From a virus: a DNA stretch of 64,000 nucleotides. A model generated the notes under the pieces. The model saw only the letters and a list, made by a program, of their open reading frames with translations, was not told the origin of the DNA and ran no database searches. Of the stretch, positions 28,166 to 37,424 are shown piece after piece. The position numbers and the translations under genes are program-made. The stretch is from the IMG/VR virus record IMGVR_UViG_3300029253_000304; one strand, given 5' to 3'. Within the stretch, counting starts at the first letter, position 1. Each line of letters begins with the position of its first letter.

Positions 28166-29443
28166 ATGACGAACGAACAAAAGCTTCTCGTATATCTCTA
28201 TGGCGTTGATTCTATCCAGCACAAGCAGCTTGCCATTGCTCTCTCTGACATCCCATATCAATGCGTTACCAAAGCTCTGAGAGCGGCCAAAAAGCATGGG
28301 TATGTTGAGGTCTTTATGAGAGATGAATCGCGGTATGTGCGTATCTCTCCGGACGGTCTGAAATACATTCGAAGCACTCAAAAAGACGCTCTGGATGTAG
28401 ACAAGCGGACGGCTATGAAGCGGCGAATCAAAGGCGAACAAGGACGGCTCACCAGGGTGGAAACGACACTCTGCATGTGCCGAGCAGCGGGAATTCAGCC
28501 TGCCAAGGAAGCTGGTATCAAGTTAATCGATGTGCTTGACCCCGAGCAGGATGCGACCCAAACTTTCATGAATGACTTCTTCTATGACAAAGGACTTCTT
28601 TTCCTGTCCGATGAAATCTCTGCAACTATCAAGACGAGCACCACAATGGGCGAAGAGTACACGCTCGGTCAAAGCCGTCTGGTAGGTATCGTAATCAACC
28701 GTACAGGCATTTCTTTTCTCTACTGTACGCTCGATAAGCTGATGCGATGGGTTGTGTCTTACGAACAGCGGCGTGTAAGTGCAGTGATGGAACTCTTGAA
28801 ATCCAGCTCACTTGCGGCAACGGACGAGGACTTCGCAACAATCTGCAATATGTCTCCTAAGTGCATCGTTATCGGCAAGACCTGCGCTATAGTTCCAAAA
28901 ATCATTACTGGCGATAAGTATGGCAAAGCAATCGACAGCACTGATATTATCAAAACCCATAACGCAACAAGGCTCTTGACGCTCACGAATCTCGAACAAG
29001 TCTACAAGTACAGCTATTTCGTTCCAACAAGTTCTATCGGCGTGGAACTTCTTGCTCGAACAGCAGCTTTAACACGAAACGAACTCAATGAAATGATTTC
29101 CGTGTGGCTGGATGAGATGGCTGAAAGCCATACAACCGTTACTACTGGGCGATATGTTGAAGCATACATCAATGAACAGAAATGCAAAACCATAACGCTG
29201 CCGGTCATTGAGTTTGAAGAACTCGAATATCAAAAAAACGGACGAGTGCCTTATCATGTCGTTTGTGAGCGAGGAACGCAAGACGGTATCAGCCGGGCAC
29301 TAGGAAGCAAAGTTCTCGATTTCAAGGATTTTGACAACATCCCAATGCCAGCACATAAATACGACGACGACGGAATTCGCCGCGATGGGATTAACCCATT
29401 GACGCATAATGGATACAATGAAGAGGAGATGGATGACCAATGA
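28166..29443 (+). CDS. protein with N-terminal winged-helix-like DNA-binding domain (possible replication initiator or regulator)
   Basis: N-terminal ~70 aa resembles wHTH (LLVYLYG...HKQLAIAL...VTKALRAAKKHGYVEV); rest unrecognised; preceded by the repeat set above. Confidence 0.45.
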   Translation: MTNEQKLLVYLYGVDSIQHKQLAIALSDIPYQCVTKALRAAKKHGYVEVFMRDESRYVRISPDGLKYIRSTQKDALDVDKRTAMKRRIKGEQGRLTRVETTLCMCRAAGIQPAKEAGIKLIDVLDPEQDATQTFMNDFFYDKGLLFLSDEISATIKTSTTMGEEYTLGQSRLVGIVINRTGISFLYCTLDKLMRWVVSYEQRRVSAVMELLKSSSLAATDEDFATICNMSPKCIVIGKTCAIVPKIITGDKYGKAIDSTDIIKTHNATRLLTLTNLEQVYKYSYFVPTSSIGVELLARTAALTRNELNEMISVWLDEMAESHTTVTTGRYVEAYINEQKCKTITLPVIEFEELEYQKNGRVPYHVVCERGTQDGISRALGSKVLDFKDFDNIPMPAHKYDDDGIRRDGINPLTHNGYNEEEMDDQ

Positions 29444-29742
29444 TAGCGATTCGAGTATGTCCAACCTGCAAGCGCAAGTTTGAAGCTCGTGTGGGAGAAC
29501 CCCAAACTTATTGTGAAGAGTGTCTTGAACTCAAAACCATGAGTGAATCGTCCGTGTGCTCTTGGTTCTTTGATGACGATGACTTCGATGACGATTTCGA
29601 TATCTCGGAAGCCGGAAAAGAAGAAAAGGCGGAGACACAAGAGAGAAAGCAGAGTAGACAAGTATTTGACTTGATTCCGCCGCACAAGGAAAAGACAAGA
29701 CGCATGGACAACGCTTTCTTCCAGGAAGCATTGAAAGGCTGA
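29440..29742 (+). CDS. small zinc-ribbon protein with acidic tail
   Basis: CPTCK...CEEC motif; ATGA overlap with the upstream gene. Confidence 0.4.
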   Translation: MIAIRVCPTCKRKFEARVGEPQTYCEECLELKTMSESSVCSWFFDDDDFDDDFDISEAGKEEKAETQERKQSRQVFDLIPPHKEKTRRMDNAFFQEALKG

Positions 29743-29830
29743 CAGAAGGGTTGATGGAGCTACTTCCACCTCTCGTCTGGCAGGCTGGCAACACTTTAAC
29801 CGCTAATCGTGAACTTTCATTTAACAAACC

Positions 29831-29859
29831 GGCTTCCAAATTGAGAAAAAGTGCAATTT
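29831..29859 (+). promoter_or_regulatory. strong sigma70-like promoter TTGAGA-17-TGgTATAAT (extended -10)
   Basis: read directly from sequence. Confidence 0.5.
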
Positions 29860-29973
29860 ATGGTATAATGCAAATATAGGAAAGAAAAATTGTACATACC
29901 TCTGACCACAAATCATTCAGATGCAATCTAATCAAAGTTTGAGGTTATCTAAATCAAATCGGAAGCATGTCCT

Positions 29974-30642
29974 ATGAAAAGAAAGTTTTTAATTCCATAC
30001 GCTGCAGCAACACTGGCAATGGCAGCCGCAATCTGCACTGCCGGAATACCTTCCGTTGCTTTAGCAAGGACCTATGAGGGCTATAATGGAATGAAGCGTA
30101 GCTCGACGGCGGAAGAGACATTCCAGAAAATCAAAGTTCCTGCCTTTGCCTCCATCAAAGAAGTGACGGCGGAGGAAGCACGAAGCGTAGCTGATGGCAT
30201 TATCGTTTTTGCATTTCCTACCTGCCCTTATTGCCGGAACCTGATACCGGAACTTATCGAGACCGCAAAAGAGGAGGGAAAGACCCTCTACTATTGCCAG
30301 ATTGATAACTACCGCGACAAGTATGAATTTGATGAGACTCTGAATGGCCCGGTCATGACCGTGGCTCCCGGAAAAGGGTATTATGAGCTTCTTGACTGGC
30401 TGAGCGATTATCTCATCGACTATACTGTGAAAGACGAGAACGGCGAAAGCATCAGTATCGGTGAAAAGAGAATCGGAGCGCCCACCATAATTACAGTCCA
30501 GAACGGGGTTCCTGTATCCTCCTGGAAGCTGAGCATGGTAGAGAATGCCGAGTTCCCTGACAATGCGTATACTCGTTGGAGCCAGGAAACGCAGGAAATC
30601 GTATCGGAGTCACTGCATCAATATTTTGCTGAGGAGGCATAA
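29974..30642 (+). CDS. secreted thioredoxin-fold protein with CPYC active-site motif
   Basis: N-terminal signal peptide; FAFPTCPYCRNL motif in a thioredoxin/glutaredoxin-like context. Confidence 0.6.
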   Translation: MKRKFLIPYAAATLAMAAAICTAGIPSVALARTYEGYNGMKRSSTAEETFQKIKVPAFASIKEVTAEEARSVADGIIVFAFPTCPYCRNLIPELIETAKEEGKTLYYCQIDNYRDKYEFDETLNGPVMTVAPGKGYYELLDWLSDYLIDYTVKDENGESISIGEKRIGAPTIITVQNGVPVSSWKLSMVENAEFPDNAYTRWSQETQEIVSESLHQYFAEEA

Positions 30643-30645
30643 ATC

Positions 30646-30870
30646 ATGTCGAATATCACTGTTGGTCGAATCTTGCTTCTGGACCTTGTGTTCCTTGTTA
30701 ATTCTGCTTTAACTCTTGTTGTTTTCAAGTTCGTTGGTCTTTTGGATGTTATGACTACACCGGCCTTGTTCTTTCATTTTGTTGGTTCTTATATTATCCT
30801 GGCATATTTCATGTTTTGGATTTATCCGCAGATTCTGGAAGACCGGGAAAACAACGACGACGATAAATAA
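30646..30870 (+). CDS. small membrane protein (2 TM)
   Basis: hydrophobic helices; acidic C-terminal end. Confidence 0.4.
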   Translation: MSNITVGRILLLDLVFLVNSALTLVVFKFVGLLDVMTTPALFFHFVGSYIILAYFMFWIYPQILEDRENNDDDK

Positions 30871-30877
30871 CCTGGTC

Positions 30878-31085
30878 GGAACCGTAGGCACTTGAAACCG
30901 TAGGTACTTGCCTAAAGTTGAGCGAAATGTACTTGCGGGAAGCGTAGCCGCAATAGACTACTCCGAAAGTACCGTAGGCCCGCATACCGTAGGTCATACA
31001 ATGAAGCGTAGCTGTTTGTAAAGAAATGAAAGACGGATGACGGAAGCGTAGCCGCTGCCCGGTAACAGGCTGCCGGTTGCGTAGC
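30878..31085. repeat. array of eight short repeats with core CGTAG (4x ACCGTAGG, 4x [AT]GCGTAGC) in a 208 bp intergenic region
   Basis: copies at 30881, 30897, 30941, 30971, 30986, 31005, 31045 and 31079, with irregular 15-44 bp spacing. Confidence 0.55.
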
Positions 31086-31122
31086 TGCCATTCGTCTTTT
31101 TTGGTTTAGAGGAGAGACGAGA

Positions 31123-31356
31123 ATGGTATATGAGGTAATCAGTCCACGCCCACATGGTTCAGAAACATTCGTGGGATTGCATACAGAATACCCGGAATGC
31201 ATCGACCCGTTGAGTGTGCAGGAAGCGATGCTCAGCGGCGGCAATAAAATCATATTCAAAGGCACAGAAAAGGAATATGAGGCAGTTAAGAAAAAACTGG
31301 CGGCCAAAGTCAAGGTGACCATCATTAAAGAACAGAAAACGAAGAAAGGAAAATGA
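31123..31356 (+). CDS. small hypothetical protein (77 aa)
   Basis: RBS GGAGAGA; ORF only. Confidence 0.35.
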   Translation: MVYEVISPRPHGSETFVGLHTEYPECIDPLSVQEAMLSGGNKIIFKGTEKEYEAVKKKLAAKVKVTIIKEQKTKKGK

Positions 31357-31357
31357 T

Positions 31358-32107
31358 ATGACAAAGACTGATTTCAAGAACATTTATGAAGCGTTTATGC
31401 ATTGCGATACAAATAAGCTGAAGAAAGAATTTGCTGCCATGTATTCCGATAACGAGGAACAGGCGGCAACAGTTAAGGAAGTCGATAGAGCATTTGCAAG
31501 AATGGAGACCGTCACGCCGAAAGCGGTGAACCCGGATGAACAGAGTATCATTGTGGTTTGCAAGGGATTTGGCGATGAGGGGGATGACACTGTCTGCATC
31601 GAAGTGGAAGACCTCCGTAAATGGAGAAAAGAGCACCTGAAAGAATCTGAGCCCATCAGTGATGAGATGCTGACCTTTATGAGCACGGACGAAATCGAGA
31701 ATGCAGTGATGAAACAGGACCTTCCCACGAAATATGCTTTTGAGCTCAGTGCTTGGAATGAAATTCTTAGCTGGAAACTGGCACCATCCAGCATCTACAT
31801 CTATGGCCTTGAATTCTGCCTGTCCCGTGTGTTATGGGAAATGACCTTCTTTGGTGTAGATGCATCCGGCGTTGAGCTGGAAAAGGAAAAGCTCGATACG
31901 AGATTTGAGGAAGCGCAGAGGGCTTTTGATGAAAACAAGGAACCTCGAATCGGATTCTCGATTGAAGACATTGCCAAGAAACTTCTCGGTGATGACTATA
32001 CCGATGACTGGTATCCCGAAGAGGAGCAGGAGCGCGACCGCCGGAATATGGTTATTTCCTCCTATAAGGACAACAATGAAATGGAACGGCTGCTCATGAT
32101 GCTTTAA
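31358..32107 (+). CDS. hypothetical acidic protein
   Basis: ATGA overlap-type coupling with the upstream gene; no motifs. Confidence 0.45.
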   Translation: MTKTDFKNIYEAFMHCDTNKLKKEFAAMYSDNEEQAATVKEVDRAFARMETVTPKAVNPDEQSIIVVCKGFGDEGDDTVCIEVEDLRKWRKEHLKESEPISDEMLTFMSTDEIENAVMKQDLPTKYAFELSAWNEILSWKLAPSSIYIYGLEFCLSRVLWEMTFFGVDASGVELEKEKLDTRFEEAQRAFDENKEPRIGFSIEDIAKKLLGDDYTDDWYPEEEQERDRRNMVISSYKDNNEMERLLMML

Positions 32108-32126
32108 GAGAAAACGAGAAGGGGAG

Positions 32127-32972
32127 ATGAGGATGAGCGAAATCTTCGTGGCGGGAGATATCCATGGAAACTATCAAGGATTGATGGAATCTCTCAATGC
32201 AGCAGGCTGGCAGGAAGGCGATACCATCATCTGCGTGGGAGATGTCACCGACCGTGGAAAAGATAATGCCAGAACGGTGTCTTTTCTGCAAGAGCATGAA
32301 TGTGATGTGAGATTGGTTCAGGGCAACCATGAGCTTCAACACAGGAAGATGCTTCAGTACTATCATGTGTTAATCAAAGTCCCCCAAATTCGGTTGTTTG
32401 CGGCAGGAATATTCAGAACATACAAGGAAGGATATACTTATCCCAAAACAAAAGAAGAACTCAAAGAGTATGAGTGCAGTGCCGATAAACGAATCGAAAT
32501 CATTCAGGGAAAGCCTAAGACCTTCCATGCTTTTGTTCGAGCCTTTATCGCTTATACATTAGCATGGGAAGACGATAGCCTTTGGAAGATTATTCTGTAC
32601 TTGCTGGAAGTGATGTGCGGTAATCCCTATAATGCTGAAAGAACCATCTATGAATATCTCTCTTGTACAAGAAAACAAAGAGCATTATTTGAATGGCTTT
32701 GGAATCAGACGGTTACGGAGGTTAATATAGATTATACAGAGCCATATAGATATCAGCATATAGTGATTACGCATAACAATCCTTTTGGAAGATATTACAG
32801 TTACGACCTGGATGAGTTACGACCTGGACACGATAAGACGCTCTATGTGTTTGGGCACATCCCGCATTCCGAAATCGTCAGGTTTGACAGGGCTTGTTCC
32901 GGATGCACTTATCTGGACATTGACACATCCCTGAATTCGGTCGGCGTCATTAAGCTGAGTGATTATCTCTAA
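32127..32972 (+). CDS. calcineurin-like metallophosphoesterase (PPP-family Ser/Thr phosphatase or ApaH-like)
   Basis: GDIHG, GDVTDRG and GNHE motifs in canonical order. Confidence 0.8.
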   Translation: MRMSEIFVAGDIHGNYQGLMESLNAAGWQEGDTIICVGDVTDRGKDNARTVSFLQEHECDVRLVQGNHELQHRKMLQYYHVLIKVPQIRLFAAGIFRTYKEGYTYPKTKEELKEYECSADKRIEIIQGKPKTFHAFVRAFIAYTLAWEDDSLWKIILYLLEVMCGNPYNAERTIYEYLSCTRKQRALFEWLWNQTVTEVNIDYTEPYRYQHIVITHNNPFGRYYSYDLDELRPGHDKTLYVFGHIPHSEIVRFDRACSGCTYLDIDTSLNSVGVIKLSDYL

Positions 32973-32982
32973 GAAAGCATAA

Positions 32983-33025
32983 GCACCATAGGGGCGCAGA
33001 GCCTCTGTGGTGCTTTTTCTTTTTG
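32983..33025 (+). terminator. intrinsic terminator after phosphoesterase gene
   Basis: stem GCACCATAG...CTGTGGTGC followed by TTTTTCTTTTTG. Confidence 0.5.
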
Positions 33026-33068
33026 CATGGGTAAAGTTTCCTTGCTCACACGGAAACAATGCACAGGC

Positions 33069-33101
33069 AAAAAAAGAAAGGAGCCACCCGAAGGTGACTC
33101 C
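33069..33101 (-). terminator. minus-strand intrinsic terminator (convergent)
   Basis: stem GGAGCCACC/GGTGACTCC with CGAA loop, followed on the minus strand by a T-run. Confidence 0.45.
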
Positions 33102-33136
33102 AATAGTTTAGGTTCCTGTTTTAGCCGTGAAAAGCA

Positions 33137-33358
33137 TCAGGCGGCAGACGGGGTATCCGTTGCTGCGTCAAAGAGCAGTGTGCCTTCGCCGTTATAGCTT
33201 GCGTCGTTCAGAGCGGCGTAGATGTAGTCAATGAAATAGCCATCATCACCATTGTAGGTGGACTTCATGGAGACAAGATTGCCGTTGTCATCATAGGTGT
33301 TCTCGAAGGTCTGTTCGAAGTTGCCCATCGTAGCATCTTTGCCCTGCTGTTTGGTCAT
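33137..33358 (-). CDS. small ORF with YD/RHS-repeat-like segment (possible gene fragment)
   Basis: YDDNGNLVSMKSTYNGDDGYFIDYIY resembles RHS/YD repeats; only 73 aa. Confidence 0.25.
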   Translation of the reverse strand: MTKQQGKDATMGNFEQTFENTYDDNGNLVSMKSTYNGDDGYFIDYIYAALNDASYNGEGTLLFDAATDTPSAA

Positions 33359-33501
33359 ATTACCATCGACATTGTGCGCATCCGTGCTATGACGAACTGC
33401 TGCCGCAAGTTCAAGACGATGTAACTACAAGCCGTCTGCTTTCGGATGGTCGCTGCTTTTTTATTACAAGCCTCGAAAATACGAGGAGAAAGAGAAAAAT
33501 T

Positions 33502-35061
33502 ATGAATGCTTTTATGAATGTTATGCACACCACCACCTGCAACTGCACTGCTTGCACGACTGTTCCGACTCTTGGCATTAAGATGCCGTATGAGGAAGAG
33601 GAAAAGAAAGCTACTAAAACTAGAAAGACTCGCCAAAAACTGATTGTTGGAGAAAACGATTTGGCTACGGTCGCTCCTGAAGTTGCCGCAATGCTGAGTG
33701 AGAAAGATAAGCACTTTGCTTTTGAAGTTACTGCTGGAAGCAACAGGAAACTTACTTTTGTCTGCCCTGACTGCAAGAAAGAGTTTGAGGCTAAAATTTG
33801 CAGTGTCACAATAGCAGTTTGCCCATGTCCTTATTGCCGCAAAGTAAAAAAAGCGCGTCGCAATCCGAAACCTATTGTTGGAGTTAATGATTTGGCTTCG
33901 CAATGCCCGCAGGCTGTAGCAATGTGGAGTGAAAAGAATAAATGCTACCCAACAGAAGTTTTCGCCCAAAGCACTAAGACTGCAATTTTCAATTGCCCAA
34001 AATGTAAGCACGAATTTGAGACGACTGTCACATCCTTTGTGAAAAGCATCAAAAAATCGAAAGGCAATACTACTGGCTGCCCTATCTGTAATGGGACTAA
34101 AGTTGTTGTTGGCTACAATGATTTAGCTACGACCTGCCCCCAAGTAGCTGCTATGTTAAGCAAAAAAAACGCTGACTTTGCAACAAAGTACACTATGGGA
34201 AGCAATGCGGTTGCAAGTTTTACTTGTCCTGATTGCAAAAAAGAGTTTGAGGCTAAAATTTGCAAAGTCACAAATGTAGTTTACCCATGTCCTTATTGCC
34301 GCGATACGAAAATTCTCGCTAATCATATGGATTTGGAAACTTACTTAAAGAAAAATAATCGAGAGGATATTCTTAACTGTATTCGTCCAGATAGTCCGTA
34401 TCAGGCAAGTGAAGTTTCTTATTCCAGCAACAAAACATTATTTCTTAATTGCCCTGAATGTGGTAATAAATGGGTGATTTCAGCCAATTATCTGACTGCA
34501 CAAGGCATTAGTTATATGTGTGGTAATTGTAATCAAACGACAAATTTTATTTCCAAGCCAGAGCAGTATGCTGTTCGTATTGCAATGGGTTTTGCAAGGG
34601 AAAACGGAGTTCCAAATGCATTCGATGAAGTTCGTCACATTTTTGGCTATAACAACAAATATGGTGTAGATTTTGTCGATAACACTCGCAAGGTTTGCAT
34701 GGAGTACAATGGTGTATATTGGCATAAAGACAAAAAAAGAGTTGATTGCTATAAATTCATCAAAATCCATAATGCCGGATATACTTTTATTCGTATACTG
34801 GAACCGGGCTTAAAAGCTTTTGACAAAAAATATGACATTGTATTGCCAAAAAACTACAAACACGGTAACGAGTATGAATCAAAAATCATGGAGGACCTTG
34901 GCTATAAGCTTATTTCTTTATTTGAGGAAATCTATAATTACAAGGCCACTCCTGAAATTCAAAAATTAGTCGATTTTAAAGAATTCGAAAAGTGGTACGA
35001 TATTCATCGCAAAAGAATTTCTGCAAAAGCTACCGAAAACGCAGCAAAGAAAGCTGCCTGA
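33502..35061 (+). CDS. multi-zinc-ribbon protein (four C-x2-C...C-x2-C modules) with C-terminal PD-(D/E)XK-like nuclease-type domain
   Basis: repeated FxCPDCKKEFEAKI...CPYCR modules; C-terminal VDFVD...CMEYNGVYWHK resembles a restriction-endonuclease-like fold; markedly AT-rich versus neighbours. Confidence 0.55.
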   Translation: MNAFMNVMHTTTCNCTACTTVPTLGIKMPYEEEEKKATKTRKTRQKLIVGENDLATVAPEVAAMLSEKDKHFAFEVTAGSNRKLTFVCPDCKKEFEAKICSVTIAVCPCPYCRKVKKARRNPKPIVGVNDLASQCPQAVAMWSEKNKCYPTEVFAQSTKTAIFNCPKCKHEFETTVTSFVKSIKKSKGNTTGCPICNGTKVVVGYNDLATTCPQVAAMLSKKNADFATKYTMGSNAVASFTCPDCKKEFEAKICKVTNVVYPCPYCRDTKILANHMDLETYLKKNNREDILNCIRPDSPYQASEVSYSSNKTLFLNCPECGNKWVISANYLTAQGISYMCGNCNQTTNFISKPEQYAVRIAMGFARENGVPNAFDEVRHIFGYNNKYGVDFVDNTRKVCMEYNGVYWHKDKKRVDCYKFIKIHNAGYTFIRILEPGLKAFDKKYDIVLPKNYKHGNEYESKIMEDLGYKLISLFEEIYNYKATPEIQKLVDFKEFEKWYDIHRKRISAKATENAAKKAA

Positions 35062-35388
35062 TAGATTACAAGACCTCTGACGTATCAGTCGTCTTTTTAC
35101 ATAGATAGCATTTCCTGCCGTTCACTCCTAACCGGGTGGACGGCTTTTTCTTTTGCCAACTACTTGCCATACGTCAATTTCATGCATGAATTACAAAATA
35201 GTAACCGTTCCATACAACCGCTGGCGATAACTACCAGTTGTAGTGTATTTGATTGGACTTCCAAATTCTATTTTATCCGCACATATTGCAACTTACGGTT
35301 GTATTTGCTATACTATTAACAACCAATTACAACCAGCAGAACATAAATAACAACCAACAGGTGTTGCAGCGGACGGAGGAGGCCAATC

Positions 35389-36690
35389 GTGGCGAGTGAA
35401 CGAATCATTCTTCATTGTGACATGAATTGCTTTTATGCAAGCGTGGAGATGGCCTATAACCCAAAGCTGCAGGGGAAGCCGATTGCAGTATGTGGTGACC
35501 CGGAAAGGCGAAACGGCATTGTGTTGACTGCCTCGTATCCGGCCAAACGGATGGGCGTGAAAACCGGGATGGCACTCTGGGAAGCGCAGCAGCATTGCCG
35601 TGACATCATCTTTGTTCCGGCTCATTATGACCTATATACCAGGTACAGTGGGTATACCAGAGAGATATTCCTCAGATACTCTGACATGGTCGAACCGTTT
35701 GGCTTGGATGAAGCATGGCTCGATTGTACCGCAAGCCGGTCTCTCTTTGGAAGCGGGGAAGAGATAGCCAAGAAAGTATCTGATACCGTGAAGAATGAAC
35801 TGGGCATTACCTGTTCCATCGGAGTGAGCTGGAATAAAGTCTTTGCCAAGTTGGGGTCTGATTACAAGAAGCCAGATGCCACCACCGTTATATCAAGGTC
35901 AAACTGGAAAGATATCGTATTCCCGCTGCCTGCCACGGACCTTTTGTATGTTGGGTCCAGAACGGGAAAAAAGTTATCAAGCTACTGTATCCATACAATC
36001 GGTGATTTGGCGACTGCCAATCCAAACTTTCTGAAAGAAAAACTCGGGAAAATCGGCCCGATGCTTTGGGGATTCGCCAATGGCCTTGACACGGGAGCAG
36101 TGGCGAAATACGAGGGAAGGGAAGCTCAGGCACCTATCAAGAGCATCGGAAACAGCTGGACAACGCCACGGGACTTGAAGACTAACCGGGATGTCTGGAT
36201 TGTTATTTATCTGCTCGCGGAAAGTGTCGCTGCGCGGCTCAGAGAGAACCATTTCCGATGCCGAGGCGTAGAGGTGAGTCTCCGGGATTCCAGCCTTTTC
36301 TCTTTTGAGAGACAGTGCAAGCTCGGCCAGCCAACGATGCAGGAAAAGGATATTGCGGAGGCAGCTTACCAGCTGTATAAGAAGAACTACCGGTGGAGTG
36401 AGCACCTACGCTCAGTTGGCGTGCGTGCCATTGACCTGCGGCCAGATACGGAACCAAACCAGATATCTTTTGAGTACAGCGCCGAAAAGCAGGAAGAGAC
36501 CGAGCGGCTTGAATCCGCGATTGACGGGATACGGAACCGGTTCGGATACTATTCCGTACAACGAGCCGTCATGTACAAAGACCGGTTTCTCTCTCATTGT
36601 GACGCCAAGGGAGACCACACCATACACCCACACGGGTATTTGCAGGGAAGCACAGGGGAGCATCTAATCTATGTCAGAACCAAGAATTAA
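35389..36690 (+). CDS. Y-family DNA polymerase (DinB/UmuC-like, translesion synthesis)
   Basis: N-terminal HCDMNCFYASVE (the DMDAFFASVE-type catalytic motif); GTG start after GGAGGAGG; 433 aa. Confidence 0.85.
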   Translation: MASERIILHCDMNCFYASVEMAYNPKLQGKPIAVCGDPERRNGIVLTASYPAKRMGVKTGMALWEAQQHCRDIIFVPAHYDLYTRYSGYTREIFLRYSDMVEPFGLDEAWLDCTASRSLFGSGEEIAKKVSDTVKNELGITCSIGVSWNKVFAKLGSDYKKPDATTVISRSNWKDIVFPLPATDLLYVGSRTGKKLSSYCIHTIGDLATANPNFLKEKLGKIGPMLWGFANGLDTGAVAKYEGREAQAPIKSIGNSWTTPRDLKTNRDVWIVIYLLAESVAARLRENHFRCRGVEVSLRDSSLFSFERQCKLGQPTMQEKDIAEAAYQLYKKNYRWSEHLRSVGVRAIDLRPDTEPNQISFEYSAEKQEETERLESAIDGIRNRFGYYSVQRAVMYKDRFLSHCDAKGDHTIHPHGYLQGSTGEHLIYVRTKN

Positions 36691-36943
36691 GAAATATGTC
36701 GAGGTCATTGCCGATTTCTCTCCTGAAGGCATATTAACGCCTCAGACAGTCATCTGGGACACGGGCCAGAGATTCGATATCACCTGCATCTCGGAAGTGT
36801 TGCCCCGGAAATACTCGAAAACTGGCGGAGTAGGAGTTCGCTATACCTGCCAGATAGGAAGAGCCAAAACATATCTGTTCTTTGAGGAGGACAGGTGGTT
36901 CGTGGAAGCAAAGGAAAATGCTGCAGCCGGAGACCCCTGCTAA
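36671..36943 (+). CDS. small hypothetical protein overlapping the 3' end of the Y-family polymerase gene (possible polymerase accessory factor)
   Basis: 90 aa; 20 nt overlap with the upstream gene. Confidence 0.35.
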   Translation: MSEPRIKKYVEVIADFSPEGILTPQTVIWDTGQRFDITCISEVLPRKYSKTGGVGVRYTCQIGRAKTYLFFEEDRWFVEAKENAAAGDPC

Positions 36944-37329
36944 AAATCGAAGAAATAATCACCCGTCAAGACTCCACCAACTTCCATGGTCGAGTTTGGG
37001 TCGGGCTTGCAACCAGATTTGCAGCAGAATGACTCCATTTCGGGCGTCAACACAGATTGGATAATAATGCGGTGTACGCCGTTTTCTTCGCAGATTTTCT
37101 TTAAGGCAAAAAGTATCGCTGTCATCGTACCACAACGTTTGTGAGCAAACTCAACGCGAGAAAGAACCAATGCAAAATTTCCAAGGAAAGCAACACGCAG
37201 CTCATTTTCCCCGTCGCTAGAAGTAATCCAAATAGTACGCATACTGTTGGAAACACTGCAATGACAGTCTTGCTTGCTCTCGATAGTATCTACAAGTTGT
37301 TGTATTTGCTCTTTCGTAAGCTCAAGCAT
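36940..37329 (-). CDS. GNAT-like acetyltransferase (tentative)
   Basis: start refined to ATG 37329 (GGAGG 7 nt upstream; TGGTATAAT -10 on the minus strand further up); HKRCGTMTAILFALKKICEENGV resembles GNAT motif A. Confidence 0.35.
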   Translation of the reverse strand: MLELTKEQIQQLVDTIESKQDCHCSVSNSMRTIWITSSDGENELRVAFLGNFALVLSRVEFAHKRCGTMTAILFALKKICEENGVHRIIIQSVLTPEMESFCCKSGCKPDPNSTMEVGGVLTGDYFFDF

Positions 37330-37424
37330 ACCTAAAGCCTCCATCATTTTTTGGTTGTAAAAATTATACCACAAACAGTGTCAAGCAGACGAAGTGATTT
37401 TGCAACGAAAGGAGAAGAAACAAG

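Noticed and set aside
30878-31085. Possible CRISPR array
   Set aside because: The repeats are only 8 nt, of two types, and irregularly spaced (15-44 bp). No cas genes are present. They are not CRISPR-like.
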